Positions 13,245 to 28,382 of a stretch of DNA of 64,000 nt are shown here, one piece after another. This stretch comes from Octopus vulgaris. Taxonomy: Eukaryota. Below the pieces are notes generated by a model that made no database searches, was not told where the DNA came from, and saw only the letters and a program-made list of their open reading frames with translations. Position numbers and translations under genes: made by a program. Positions within the stretch are counted from its first letter, which is position 1. Each line of letters begins with the position of its first letter. Location of the stretch: contig OX597819.1 in NCBI GenBank assembly GCA_951406725.2, forward strand, positions 100,068,001 to 100,132,000, in the 5' to 3' direction.

Positions 13245-14270
13245 TTAGGTTCTCAAGAAAGTTCTTGCGGAATTTTTAATTTTGGTTTTAAATGGTGTAT
13301 TTTCAAATTAATTTTCGTTAAATTGCTTTGACTTTATGTATAATTTTAAAGCCCGTTTTTCGCTCTATCTAATCGTGTTACCCTTTTTCTTTTCGAATTA
13401 TTAGGTCATTCTTTCCAGAAAGTCGAATACAACATAGACAAAAAGCAAATTGGCGCAATTTTCTTATTCCAGTTCAATCAAGGTCGAAAAGCTGCTGAAA
13501 TAGCTCGCTATATAAACGATGCGTTTGGCCCAGGAACCACTAATGAACTTACAGCACAATCGTGGTTCAACAAATTTCGTAGCGGTTACGAGAGTCTTGA
13601 AGATGATAAGCGTAGTGATCGGCCATCGGATGTTGACAACGATCAACTAAGAACCTTAGTGGAAGCCATTCCACGCACAACTGTTCGAGAGCTTGCTACT
13701 GAATTAGATGTAACGTATACGTCAATTCCCAACAACTTCAAAAATACTTGATAAATTGGTGCCGTACGAATCGAACGACAACCAAAACGAAAAAAAATGT
13801 CATTTTGAAGTGTCGTCTTCCCTTCTTTTACGCAACAAGAACGGCTCGTTTCTCGACCGGATCGTGACCTGCTATGCAAAGTGGATTCTTTACGATAACC
13901 GGCGATGCTCAGCTCAGTGGTTGGACGCCGACTAAGCTCCACGGCACTTCCCGAAGCCAAAGTTGCAAAAAAAGAAGGTCATGGTGACTGTTTGGTGGTC
14001 TGCCGCCGGTCTCATCCAGTACAGCTCTTTGGATCTAGGCGAAACCATTACAGCGGCGAAGTACTGTCAGCAAATGGAGGAAATGCATAAGAAACTCCGA
14101 CAACAACAGCCAACATTGGTCAATAGAAAAGGACCAATTGTTCTCCACGACAACGCTCGGCCGCACGTCGCATAACTGATCCTACAGAAGTTGAACGAAT
14201 TGGGCTACGAAACTCTGCATCATCCGCTATACTCACCAGAACACTCGCCTACCTTCATCGCTTCAACGAC
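13245..14270 (+). pseudogene. degenerate mariner (DD34D-type) transposon, left TIR plus broken transposase
   Basis: TA followed by TTAGGTTCTCAAGAAAGTTCTTGCGG is TIR-like. Peptides seen: AAEIARYINDAFG..WFNKFRSG..LEDDKRSDRPS, FLDRIVTCYAKWILYDN, KKVMVTVWW, VLHDNARPHVA, HPLYSP. Stops and frameshifts are present. Confidence 0.9.
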
Positions 14271-14919
14271 TTCATCACCACCAGAACGCAGATTCACTTT
14301 TGACCACAGGCTGAAACAGCTGTAAGAAGGAATTTCTGGATTTCAATAATTTATAATAAGACTTTTAAATTCTGTATTTGTATTATTATCTTATCTATTG
14401 ATTTATATACTATTGTGTACGCTTTTGATATTCTCATTTGTAAAATGAATAAATAATCTAACATTATAATATCCGTAAGTTGATGAACAAACGACATTTG
14501 TTTCTCCATTTTCTTATTTGTATTATATATATATATATATACATCGGGGTGTCGATTGTGGATATGAGTTATATCAAATAGTCTTCATCGACCAACATTT
14601 TGTACTATCATCCTTAATATCATCATCATTATCACCGCAGCCATCCAAAACAGTACCACAATCCATCAAATTGGCTGTCTTCAACACGATGCACCATGCA
14701 GTTCACATCAACAGCAACGATGGCGGTATAGCTAACAGAAAAATTGTGTGATTATTTCTTAAAAAGACATTTTCACACAAAACACCAGAGAAGTTTCACA
14801 TGAAAGGACAATAAACAGAATAGTATGAGCTTTGTTTATGTTTTGTTGTCATAGCTTTTCTTTCATATTCTCTTCAGAAGTTGTTTATACCGTCATTGCA
14901 CTGCCAGCACCATCAACAC

Positions 14920-15211
14920 CCCCCAAACCCCGCCACCACTACCATCAACTCCACCGCTGCCACCGCGACCACCGCCATCATATCTCCCCAGCACCAGATG
15001 TTGCTGACGGTTCCTTCCCAATAACACTGATACATCCGACATCACCAGCAGCCTCTTCTATTATATTATTTGTCATCGTCACCATCATCACCATCATCAT
15101 AATCCTCCTCCTCATCATCATCATCCTCATCATCACCATCATCACCATCACCACCATCATCATCACCATCATCATCATCACCATCACCACCATCATCATC
15201 CTCATCATCAT

Positions 15212-15276
<65 letters not shown>

Positions 15277-15560
15277 CCGTCGCCGTCGTCATCACTGTCA
15301 TCATTCTTAATATCCATTTCCAGTACGTCGGTTGTTATATATCATCATCGTCAGCAACAGTGGCATCATCATATCATAATGATCACGATGAACCACATCA
15401 TAATCATCATCGTCGTCATCACCACCACCGCCACCGCCAGCACCAGCACCACCAGCACCACCAGCACCACCACCATTGTAAACATCACCACTACCACCGC
15501 TACCATAACCATCTCTGTCGTCGCCATCGTTATTGCCTCTGTAGTTGCTGTCGTTCACTT
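14920..15560. repeat. (ATC)/(ACC) trinucleotide block
   Basis: Directly visible. Confidence 0.9.
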
Positions 15561-15872
15561 CATTGTGTATATTTGTGGTTGCTTTTTAACGGTCCATTCT
15601 CCGGCTCGTGATGTTCATTTCAAATGTATGGGATAGGCACATGCAAGCACACACACACACACATGCACAAACGCACACACCACATCACATACACACACAT
15701 ACACACACACATAAACAAGGGTGCAGATATACATATATGTGTGTATGGGTGTATGTTTATATATGTATATGTGTATATGTATATATATATACATGTGTGT
15801 ATATCTATATATATATATATATATGCGTGTATGTGTATGTACACTCACTCATACACGCGTGCGCGCACGCAT

Positions 15873-15948
<76 letters not shown>

Positions 15949-16436
15949 CTTATATACATATACACAACAATACCCACTTATATATATGTATGTGTTTGTG
16001 TGTGTTTGTGTGTGTTTATGTAATCACGTACGCATATATTTTATGTTTTATCTTTTTCAATTATTAGACTTCGGCCCTGCTGTCGCACCGTAAATGTCCA
16101 TCAGGAACACATCTTAATTCGTAGAAAACTGACAAAATATTTTTGCAGATACTGCAAGAAGTATCTTACACTTTCAGAACTATGACAATTTTCTATGTGA
16201 GTAATTGAGACAGATTTGTAAATCAAGTGTGATTCCACAAAAATCTGATATAATACATACCATACCATACCATATGAATGGCTTCGACAAACCTCTAAAA
16301 CACTCGTAGGTACCTGCTTCCAAACTCATTACATTATATCTAATTTGGATGCATACGAGATCACTGTTATTTCGTTCCTACAAATGATGCGAACGGTTGG
16401 TCGATGAATAGGGAAAGCTTGGTCACAGAAACGCTA

Positions 16437-16869
16437 TACGAGGGTGTGCTGTATAGTTAAGTTAAGTTAATTTTTTGGTTCAAAAAGCGAAAAGCAAGGT
16501 CATGTAGGGGGACATGGAGTTATGTACAGGGTGGTGTTCATGCAAAGAGTTCAGGCCATTTCTGGTCAAGAGAGACTTTGAACCGAGCGGTCGTCGGCAT
16601 CTTCACTATCTAGTCCGGCAGCTTATTCCACGGATCCGCAACCCGGACGGAGAATGCCCCTCTCCTTCGATTGAGATGAAATCGAAAAGAAGATACAGAT
16701 GATCAGTTAATTATGATTTTATGCAACATATTCCCCTCTCAAATTCACACAGTTATTGCAGCAGTCCTTCAGATTTTCTAAAGCCTGTAAAAGAACTCGG
16801 AAATTTAGGCCTCCAATCAGGCATTTCGTGATACCCTCAAAGTCAGGAGCTTTTCAGCACCTCCTCGTA
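16437..16869 (-). mobile_element. mariner-derived MITE interrupted by a LINE fragment
   Basis: Termini TACGAGGGTGTGCTG and CAGCACCTCCTCGTA are inverted and TA-bounded. The internal minus strand reads ..LENLKDCCNNCVNLRGEYV, a mariner transposase C-terminus. Confidence 0.75.
16453..16684 (-). mobile_element. 5'-truncated copy of the CR1-type LINE 3' end with (TTAAC)n tail
   Basis: The reverse complement aligns to ~34281-34500 (RFHLNRRRGAFS..WNKLP..WPELF stop, 3'UTR CCATGTCCCCCTACATG). Confidence 0.92.
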
Positions 16870-16997
16870 CTGTGTCCTGGCGGTATTTATAATTATTTTG
16901 ACTCTAGTGCTATCCAACGTATGATGAATAATTCTGGAAGTATAATTTTGCCACCACACGTAATAATCAGGGAATTTGTCATACACACAATAATTAT

Positions 16998-17390
16998 ACT
17001 CTTTTACTCTTTTACTTGTTTCAGTCATTTGACTGCGGCCATGCTGGAGCACCGCCTTTAGTCGAGCAACTCGACCCCAGGACTTATTCTTTGTAAGCCC
17101 AGTACTTATTCTATCGGTCTCTTTTGCCGAACCGCTAAGTGACGCGGACGTAAACACACCAGCATCGGTTGTCAAGTAATGCTAGGGGAACAAACACAGA
17201 CACACACATATATATATATATATATATACGACAGGCTTCTTTCAGTTTCCGTCTACCAGATCCACTCACAAGGCATTGGTCGGCCCGGGGCTATAGCAGA
17301 AGACACTTGCCCAAGATGCCACGCAGTGGGACTGAACCCGGAACCATGTGGTTGGTAAGCAAGCTACTTACCACACAGCCACTCCTGCGC
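16998..17390 (-). mobile_element. tRNA-derived SINE family 2, full length with internal microsatellite
   Basis: The minus strand head is GCGCAGGAGTGGCTGTGTGGTAAG..GGTTCAGTCCC and the tail is GGCGGTGCTCCAGCATGGCCGCAGTCAAATGACTGAAACAAGTAAAAG. TSD AATAATTAT lies at 16989-16997 and 17391-17399. Confidence 0.9.
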
Positions 17391-17686
17391 AATAATTATG
17401 TTTTAACTTTTATCAACTTTTTTTCCTGTTTATTCGAATGTTAATTATAAACAGAAAATATTTATCTTAAAATAAAATTAAATAAACATAACCTCTCACG
17501 TGTATATTTCCTTCCGTAACTACTCTCTCATTAACTCGCTATCCTCCTCCGCCTTTCTCTCTATGATTCTTTCTCTCTCACTTTGTATATATAGCATTCG
17601 TTTACTCATTGCCTGCCACCAGTCCTAGCTTGTGTCTCATCATGTATCACCTGTATTACTTGTTTCTACCACCACCACCACTACTA

Positions 17687-17722
<36 letters not shown>

Positions 17723-17859
17723 GTTCTCTCCCTTTCTCTATACGAAGTAACGAGATGGGGAAATCAATCACCATCCAAGATCTATATGTTATAATTATTA
17801 CTATTGATTTGACTCAATAATTCTGGCAGAATTTATGTGGGTAGAGAGTTACTACACGT

Positions 17860-18185
17860 AACTTTAGGTACCCACTAGCTTTCAATAGTCTTTCAAGTAC
17901 TTACAACCCTCCTGATAAACTTTCCTGTCCCTAAGACGTGAACTTTCTGTAAAAGCTCTACAAGACATTCGATTCCAATCTTCTTCAATCATTTGTCTAT
18001 ATCTTTGCCTACAGTTCCCAATGCACTAATTATCATAGACACAAACTTTACATATTTACAATTTCATATTCCAAATTTCTGTAACTTCAAATTTTAAGGG
18101 ATTGTACTTTTTTTTTTGTCTTCTCTGCGATACTGGAATGAAACGGACATGATGGATCAATTAGAATTTGCATACATTGCATTGA
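17860..18185 (-). pseudogene. R4/Dong-like LINE C-terminal restriction-like endonuclease remnant
   Basis: Minus-strand IDPSCPFHSSIAEKTKKK followed by frameshifted ALGTVGK-like and LLQK-like segments. It resembles 29007-29255. Confidence 0.6.
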
Positions 18186-18239
18186 AAGGTGTGTACAGAT
18201 ATATAGGCAGAATAGTTGGTGGAGGGTTATATATATATA

Positions 18240-18530
18240 TAGGGAGAGTTTACGAAAAAAACAAAAGACGAAGACAGGTGGTGTACAAAACAAACAGATG
18301 TATTAGTATAACGCTCAGGAATAGAAAACGTATTTTACGTTTCGAGCCTACGCTCTTCTACAGAAAGGGACACAGAAAAACCAAGGAGAGAAACAAGGAG
18401 AGAAAAATAATGTGTATAGTGGCTAACGATCTATCATGGCGACTGCCAGACAGAAGGGTCACACACGAGAGGGAAAGTAGGGGAGATAACAAAGTAAAGA
18501 TGACCCCCAACACAAAGGTGCGTGTGTGTA
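18240..18530 (-). mobile_element. Penelope-like element 3' end/pLTR fragment with degenerate minimal hammerhead motif
   Basis: Minus strand CTGTAGAAGAGCGTAGGCTCGAAACGTA at 18336-18363. Its downstream sequence is homologous to 22475-22590. Confidence 0.55.
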
Positions 18531-18726
18531 TAAGATAGTATGTATGTGCGTGTGAAAGAGGGCTGGTGATCTGGACGTGTGCGTGTATGTATGTGTAGGT
18601 GTGAAAATGTGGGGATGGATGTGTGGGTGGTGTGTTGTGATGTGTAAAGTTGTATGGTGTGATGTTGTTGGGATGTGGGGGAGGCGAGAGTGGGGAAAGC
18701 ACGGGTGGTGTGTGTGTGTGTGTGGT

Positions 18727-18768
<42 letters not shown>

Positions 18769-18774
18769 TGATGT

Positions 18775-19150
18775 GTAACTTTATGTTCTGAGCTCAAATT
18801 CCGTCTCTGAGGTCGAGTTTGCCTTTCATCCGTCGGGGTAGATAAAATAATTGGGGTTGATGTAAACGATTTTCGCCCTCCCTCGATAATTGCTGTCCTT
18901 GTGCCAAAATTTGAAATCACTATTATATATAGATATAAGATAGAGAAATGGCAGAAATGTTAACTGAAGTATATGCTGAGCGGCATTTCGTCCGTCTTTA
19001 CGTTCGGAGTTCAAATTTCGCCGAAGTTTATTTTGGTTTTTATCGTTCCGGGGCCGATAAAATAAGTACCATTTTAGTTTTGGGATCGATGTAATCGACC
19101 AGCTCCTATCTTCAAATTTATACCTTGTGCCTATAGTAGAAAGGATTATT
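18775..19150 (+). mobile_element. two degenerate family-1 SINE copies
   Basis: GTTCTGAGCTCAAATTCC..GCCTTTCATCC and TGGCAGAAATGTTAA..GGAGTTCAAATTTC..CCTTGTGCCTATAGTAGAAAGG. Confidence 0.75.
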
Positions 19151-19455
19151 ATATATAGATAGTCATTCTGCGAACTATTATTTTGGTCAGTTAGACAATA
19201 CCAAATCACTCTAAAACATAAGTTTCGTCGAGTACTCACATAACTAATCTACCTTAGAATTCATTTTCTTAACAAATAACTACATAAGCTGGAGCGCGCG
19301 CGCCCGTGTGTGTGTACATGTATTTATATCAGTATGTATATGTTATTGTGTTTCTATATGGATGCATGTGTTTCTATATGCTTTGCTTATATTTCAGTCT
19401 ATTCTTTTCATTCTTCCTCTGATCTCAAACAAATCCTACCGCGACTAACCCCACC

Positions 19456-19514
<59 letters not shown>

Positions 19515-19816
19515 TCATTTATATTTTCATTCTCTACCCCTCCTTTTTTCTCTCACTCTCTTGTTTTTTTTTTTATCTTTCCCTTACACTCTATCATTAT
19601 AAGGCTTCTAAATTCCTTCCCGCCCCTCCTATTTTTTCTCTTTCATCATCGCTTTATCTCGGAGTTTTTCGCATTTATATTTCTGTTGATTCCACAAAAT
19701 GTGAGACATTTTCAATGACAACGTCACCATCATCACAACCGTCGTCATATTCATCATCATCATCATCATCGTCAACCCACCACCACCACCACCACCACCA
19801 TCATCATCGTCACCAC

Positions 19817-19876
<60 letters not shown>

Positions 19877-21794
19877 TGCCATCACCATCACCACCGTCAC
19901 TATATTCATTCATCGTCGTAATCGTTATCATCGTCGTCGGCGGCGGCGACGGCATCATCATTGCCATCATCATCCTCATCATCATCATCATCATCACAAT
20001 CCCAAGCCTTACCTTCAATGGCAAGCAAAATAACAATCATGTTTAGGAACATGAGAAAAGACAACAAAAACGAAACCAAAAAAAAAAAAAGAACAACAAC
20101 AATAACAATACAACACAATCCGACAAGGAATATCATTAATGATAATCATCAAAACATTCTATTTTTTTAATTTCATCGCGACATTTAATGCATTATTTCT
20201 TCACTGTCGTTCTCTTCTCCATACTGGCCTTTTGGTTCGCCATTTTCAATATTTAAAATTACACACGCATTGATTTTTAACAGAGGACTGGTGGTTTTTC
20301 TTTTTATTTAAAGACATCCTGAAAATGGCAGGCTTCTTTTGTTGTTAGTGATTTAGTTGTTGTTACTACAGTAGTAGTAGTAGTAGTAGTCGTTGTTGTT
20401 GTTGTTGTTGCTGCTGCGTTGTAAATTTTTCAGCATTCGAAAACCAGAAATATAAGGAGAAAATGCAGAAATAAGAGAATACATATTCATTTGGCTATTC
20501 CTGAATGTTCACGCACATATGCACACACACACACACGCGCATGCACAGGCAGGCACATACATACATGCATGCATACACACACACAAACATACATACATAC
20601 ATACATACATACATACATACATACATACATACATAAACACACATAGACACACACTCACACACGTACACTAATATTGTATGTGTATCTGTGGATTGGGGAA
20701 CATTCGACTTTAAAAACGAAGATAAAAGTACCCAAATCACAGAGTGAATATGTTTTTATTATAAACTGAATGTTCTTTTTTCCGTAACATGTAACGTAGC
20801 TCGTATCAAGTTTCACGCTACCGAATGCGCCAACGACTGAGATTTAAAATTGGTGTGAAAATGCAAATTACCAGAGACTGAGAGGAATTTGTCCATGGAT
20901 TTGTATCTGCTGAAACATTCAGATCTAGAATTAAGTATTGTGGGGGAAATTTGAAATCTAACAAGAATGTGCGATCAGTCAGCCACGCATAAATGGCTCT
21001 TTTTTTATCCTTTTATATGTACTTGATTATATGTGGCGTGGAATTGGTCTTCAGAATACACAGACACATTTCTTTTGTGGAATTGAAGGAACCACCCTCT
21101 CTGTATTGAGTAGCTGTTACACGGATGTAGCTTCCTCTCTGTTATATTATTCTTAGCCACCTATATTAAATATGATTTCTACAGACAACAAGGACGAAGA
21201 TCTTGATTTTCTTATTTTTCCTTTTTTTTGGTTCCACATTTTGCATCAATCTTCCTTGCATTCCTCTTTAAGTTTTATCTCAAGTTTTATCATAGATCAG
21301 TGTTCTTGCTTTCAAATACGTCTAACGGTGTGCACTGAGCCTGAAAAATTGCTTGGAGAGACATGAAATCTTACATAATTCTGCCTAATTATCGTATCTC
21401 GACAGCCTGAAACTAATAGTAGCTTTTTTTTCTATGCATTTTAAATAATACACCGGCTGGAATACTTTGTTGATTCTACCCACCACGGAAGAGTAATATA
21501 TATATATATATATATATATGACAGTCCGTAACTTGTCATGATAGAAGTCTGAGATTCAAATGCCGTAGCTAAGAGCTTCGAGGCATTATCATCGGCTATT
21601 TTGACGATGGACGCCATGAAAAAAACTGTTACAAAAAAAGTTACTCTAATAGGCATGAAAAATAGCTCCGGTATTTGAAACTTTCAGTTATATCATGACA
21701 GCTTACTGATTGTCCTATATCATATATATATATATAAATTCCTCTATTTACATAATATCGAGGTCTCATTCTTTTGTTGTCATTTTATTATTAA

Positions 21795-21861
<67 letters not shown>

Positions 21862-21914
21862 ATTACTATTATATAATGTATATATCTCGAACAATGCCTA
21901 GATTTAAAACTCTT

Positions 21915-21945
<31 letters not shown>

Positions 21946-22027
21946 GTACAAACACTCACGCACACACACACGCACACACACACATATGTACGTAGGTATT
22001 TATGTGCATTTAGTTCCAGCTCAATAG

Positions 22028-22238
22028 TTTTCATACTCTAGGCACAAGGCCCGAATTTTGGGGGGAATTGGCGAGTCGATTAGATCGAACCCAGTACGCA
22101 ACAGGTACTTAATTTATCGACCCGAAAGGGTGAGAGGCAAAGTCGAACTCGGCGGAATTTGAATTCAGAACGTAAAGACACACGAAATACCGCTAAGCAT
22201 TTTTCCCGGCGTGCTAACGTTTCTGCCAGCTCGCCACC
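22028..22238 (-). mobile_element. family-1 SINE, monomeric copy
   Basis: Minus strand GGTGGCGAGCTGGCAGAAACGTTAGCACGCCGGG..GAATTCAAATTCCGCCGAG..GGCCTTGTGCCTAGAGTA. Confidence 0.88.
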
Positions 22239-22469
22239 TTTGTGTCAGCGCAATATTGCAGAATATGTAAATAGATTGTAGCCAAGATAGATATACAGGA
22301 TCACTTGGGATTGATAAATTTCAATTAGAAAATTACAACGTCACTTAAGGGTAAAAGAATCAATTATTTATGCTGCCTCTCAGACGTATGAATTTGACCG
22401 GCCGGGTCGCCGTTATTATCTCCCTTTCACTCAGCCTCTTTCTTCAGGTTATTTCATCATGTTGAACCG

Positions 22470-22590
22470 TTATGCTGGAAGAGCGTAGGCTCGAAACGGT
22501 AAAGACTTTTCCATTCTTCCCGAACGTTAAACTAATACACTTGTTCCTTCACCTGTTTTCCTCTTTCGTTTTCTGTAAATTTGAACTTCA
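22470..22590 (+). mobile_element. Penelope-like pLTR fragment with degenerate minimal hammerhead motif
   Basis: CTGGAAGAGCGTAGGCTCGAAACGGTA has a GAGC/GCTC stem followed by GAAA. Same family as 18240-18530. Confidence 0.55.
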
Positions 22591-22930
22591 CACACACACA
22601 CACACACACCTCCAACCCCCCCCACACATGTATATATATATATATATATATATCACATATGTATGTATATGCCATAAAATGCATGCAAGTGTAGTTACTT
22701 TTATGATTGAAAATCGAGTAAAGTAGAATAAAAGATAATTAACGGTAATTTATTGCAATTGATACGCTAACAACCTTGAAAATATGAACATCACATATTT
22801 CCAAATCTGCTCTCGATTTTTTTCTTTTCTATTTTTTTTTCATTAGCCTATAGATTATCTCCTTTGGAATGAACGGTTAGAAGGAATAAAATCAAAAACC
22901 AAATAATAAAAATACAATACCGGTACTATT

Positions 22931-24440
22931 TGTAGTAGTGTAGCAATTCTTAATTTCGTTAATACAGGAGGCTGAAAAGATTGACAGTATGTAGGATTTA
23001 CTCATGTAAGAACGAGAGTAAAGTATCCGTCAAAAGTAGCTTTATACATGAACCTGGCTGGTCAGCAGATATCCATGATTAAATACCATTTCTATACCTC
23101 GTTTTCATTCTAAAGCCTCGATTTCAACTGGCTGTAGTAATACAAACAGTAGTGAATTTAACATGTATAATTATAGCAATAATAACAGTAATTATTGCCA
23201 CTTTCTTCCCCGTTGAAAAATCTGAATACGACCCGGTGAGTTCGTAAAGTTCTTAAGCATCAAAATATAAGATGGGGCATTACGAAATTCTGGATATTTT
23301 ACGTCTTTCGACTTTACAAGTTGTATGAGTTTAGATGCTGTTGACCAGCCTTTCGGTTTCTCAAGTTGTGTGAGTGTAGACGCTGTTGACCAGCTTTCAA
23401 TTGCTCAAGAATATTAAGTATAGAGCTGTTAGTTTTTTGTTGAGGATCGATACCACTCGTTCCGGTTTCAACTGCCGGTGTTTGCCCGCGGTATCAAGCT
23501 CGGTCGGTGGACCGGGAAATTGCGTATCTCACCCGGAGCCAGATGTTTCAACGAAACATTTTCCTCCTTGCCGCTCGATAAGCGTACATGAGCGTACTGT
23601 GGATTGCATTCAAGTAATTCAACCTTTTCTACTACTAGATCGTATTGTGAGAACTGCTGTTGTTTCTTCAGGAACACAAGTTCACTCTTCAGTAAACATT
23701 CTCGTAGTGAGGTTACAAAAGTTGAGCGGCGGGGAAAATTGAACTGCTTCTCGTGAGGTTTGGTGTTAGTGACCGTACTGAGGAGGAGTGCAGAGCATCA
23801 ATGAATACGCGCTGCTAGTAACTCGCATTCAATCCCTCAGTCTTCATTGCCAAAGTAATGGTTTTCCATAAGGTTGAATAGAAGCTTTCAACTTGGCCAT
23901 TTCCCGCTGGATTGTACGGTGTCATCCTTCTGGTCGCTATGCCTTTATCATGGAGGAATTGTTTCAGTTCAGTTGAGATAACGACAGCGCCACGATCATA
24001 ATGGATGAAAGAAGGGCGTCCATAAATTGAAAATAATTGGCAGGAACATGCGACAGCATATGTAAAGTGAGAAAATTCATCGATAATTTTTTTTGACATT
24101 TTTTGAGAATAGTGGATGCGAGTGGGTCCTGGAAGTCTATACTTAATCTCTCGAACGGCTGAGTGGCCTTCAAAAGATTGGCTGTCGGTGGCACAAAAAA
24201 ATTAGACTTTAGTTCGGCGCATGTGGGACATTGAGGTGTCACAGATTTTATGTTATGGGTGGAAAATTGTAGATTCTTTGACCGCAGGAAATGGAGCAAT
24301 CACGCCATGCCTGGATGGCACAAGGAATTGTAGAGCTGTGTAAAGTCCATGGGGTTAGAAGATGATGTTCTTGAGGTAGGTCTACTTTCTCTTGTTTTTC
24401 TGAGAAACGCACAATTTGCGAGAAAGTGATAGAGCATATT
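22931..24440 (-). mobile_element. Gypsy LTR retrotransposon remnant: integrase plus probable 3' LTR (~22931-23200)
   Basis: Peptides CPTCAELK, PFERLSIDF, IIDEFSHF, IHYDRG, PAGNGQVES and NPQYAHVRL. A purine tract GGGGAAGAAAG precedes TG at 23200. The LTR limits are tentative. Confidence 0.85.
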
Positions 24441-24604
24441 CAACTGAATTCAGGACTTGAATAATACTTAAGATTTGACATTATATAAAAGCTGATACTG
24501 GGTACCATATGAACTTTCACCATTAATAAAATAATACTGCAGCGTTACTTATTTGCAGCTCTACCGACTCACTCTATTACTCTCGACTTTAACCATAATA
24601 ATAA

Positions 24605-24820
24605 TAATCCTTTTTGCTAAAGACAGAAGGCCTGAATTTTGGTGGAATCTACTAGAAGAATACATCAGCCTGTGTTTCAGTTGTTACTTGATTTATTGGC
24701 CCCGAAAGGATGAAAGGCAAAAATCAGCATTGGTGGAATTTGAACTCAGAACGTAAAGACGGACGAAATGCTGCTAAGCATTTTTCCCGGCGTGTAGACA
24801 ATTCAGTCAGCTCTCCGTCT
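24605..24820 (-). mobile_element. family-1 SINE, degenerate
   Basis: CCCCGAAAGGATGAAAGGCAA..GGAATTTGAACTCAGAACGTAAAGACGGACGAAATGC..AAGCATTTTTCCCGGCGTG. Confidence 0.8.
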
Positions 24821-25104
24821 TCATCATAACAATGATAATAGAGAATGTTATAAAGCAATATCCAAGGACATCAATTCCATTTTCAAAGACCACTTTCATA
24901 GTCTTTGCTATTTATTCTTTCAGGTTCGTACAAAAATCATGAAGACTATTAAGATATATGTTTCCTACGAAACCAATTAGTGAGGTTATTTATAAAATAA
25001 ACAAATAAACAACTAAATAACTAAATAAAATATTGATATATTACAGATATGTTGGTGGTCATAAGTCTGATTGATTGGTATTGCTGGGATGATGATGTTG
25101 TGAC

Positions 25105-26035
<931 letters not shown>

Positions 26036-26531
26036 ATAACAGCAGCAACAATAATATAAAGAATAAAATCACCAATGAGACATTTAACGAAATAGTTGTG
26101 TGTATTTAATGAAAACCACATGTTCAACATATCAGGACCTTCTCAGTTTTTCATTTTTCTTTTTCAACCTTCGCTGTTTTCTTTTAGCTTCACATATGGC
26201 CTCGACATACAGAATACACTTCGCATACACATAAGCGCACACAGCTGACGTCGACAATATAAGCATACACATTTAAGACACGTGTGCCTACATATTGAAT
26301 CCAAAAGTAAGCAGAGCAGATATATAATATTCTATATACATAATCACATGTTGAAACGCATACACACTCACAAACACAGACACACACACACATACACCTA
26401 TCTCTCTATATATGTGTGTATCTATGTGTTGGTATATATATATATACATATACACACACTCATATATATATACTTACACATAGATACACACAGACATAGA
26501 TATACATATATATACATACACACACATATAC

Positions 26532-26582
<51 letters not shown>

Positions 26583-26680
26583 CATACGCATATACATACA
26601 TACACATATACATATATAGATAAAACGCAAGAACACTCACAAAGATTACATATATATGTAAATGTTTGTCTATATCTATG

Positions 26681-26773
<93 letters not shown>

Positions 26774-26805
26774 GCATATGCGCACACACACATAGATAGA
26801 TAGGT

Positions 26806-26871
<66 letters not shown>

Positions 26872-27367
26872 TGAGTGAGCAAGAGAGAATAAGAGACGCA
26901 TACATACATACATAAATACGTACATACATACCAGCATTCATACATACATACGTACATACATTCATAAACATGCCACTGATCCGCATCAACATCAGAAATC
27001 CATAACGCTATGTTAGACAAATATTGATATAAACTTTTGCTACGCCTCCATCACTCACTGAAACAACATGTCTACCGAAGAAGTCAGTCATTTAAACTCA
27101 ACTGTTTACTGAATACCAACCACACACGATTTAATAAGCCCATATTTTGTGTCTTCCGCGTTCATTTGTAAGTCGTTATTTAGCCCCAGGGGCGAGCGGT
27201 AAAGCAAGCAATTTTACAAAAACGAGAAAAAGAATACAGGAGGGAGGGAGGGAGGATCAAAAAAAAAATTATCAAAACAAATATATAATATAATAATGTT
27301 AAAAACATGAAAAAACTGTCAGATGCCTCGTTGGCTTTACTGACGCAAACACGATTGATATACATAT

Positions 27368-27408
<41 letters not shown>

Positions 27409-28174
27409 AACACACATTTAGACATATACTCGTATGCACGCATCAATCTCCGAGGACACACGCATACATATATTTCTATTCAATTGTGTATGCACACATT
27501 CATGCCTGCGTACATATGTATGCGATTAAAAGGCAATAGGATATAAAGTATTATAAAAGTAATAAGAATATTAAGAAAACCGTGTGTATATATATGTGTG
27601 TATGTGTGTGTGTGTGTGAGTGTGTGTGTGTGTGTGAGTGTGTGTGTGTGAGTGTATGTGTATGCATGTATGCTTGTGTTGGATATGTCAATGTATACAA
27701 ACGTTCATACATAGATACATACGCACATACAGTCATACAGACATATATGAATACGCAAATATGTAGCTACCTCAAGATACATACATCCTTGTGTGTCTTT
27801 GTGTGTGTGTGTATGTGTGTAAGTGTGTTTGTGTGTGTCAGTGTGTGTGATATGAATTTCACTGAGGGTTTTAAAAGAGGCAAGGACAAAATACTAGTTA
27901 AAATACTGTAACTGAAAAAAATAAAAAAGCAATTGAGTGTGAGAATGGTGTGGTGTTGAATTTGGCAGATATATTCATTGATAAAGTTGTCTGATACGTA
28001 GAGCGGAGAAAAAACATACTAGAAATAGCATAAATATGTATAGCATAAATATATATAACAACAAGGACAACACCAATAATTAAATGTTTTACGAATAAAG
28101 AAGAACTTGAAAATAATATTTTGGGGGAAAAAATGAATGAAGCTATTTTTATGTAAATAAAACAACAAAAATAT

Positions 28175-28382
28175 TAAAGTTTTGGCACAGAGCCAACAAT
28201 TATTGAAGAGAGGAGTAAATCGATTACATGTCTCAGTGCTTGAGTAGTACTTGTATTATCGACCCCGAAAGGATGAGAGGTGAAGTCGACCATTTTTGAA
28301 TTTGAACCCAAACGTAGTTACGTAAGAAGCACCGCTAGGCAGTTTGTCTGTCGCTTTTAATGACTCTGCCAGCTCGCCGCTT
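28175..28382 (-). mobile_element. family-1 SINE, degenerate
   Basis: TTATCGACCCCGAAAGGATGAGAGG..GAATTTGAACCC..CTGCCAGCTCGCCGC. Confidence 0.75.
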
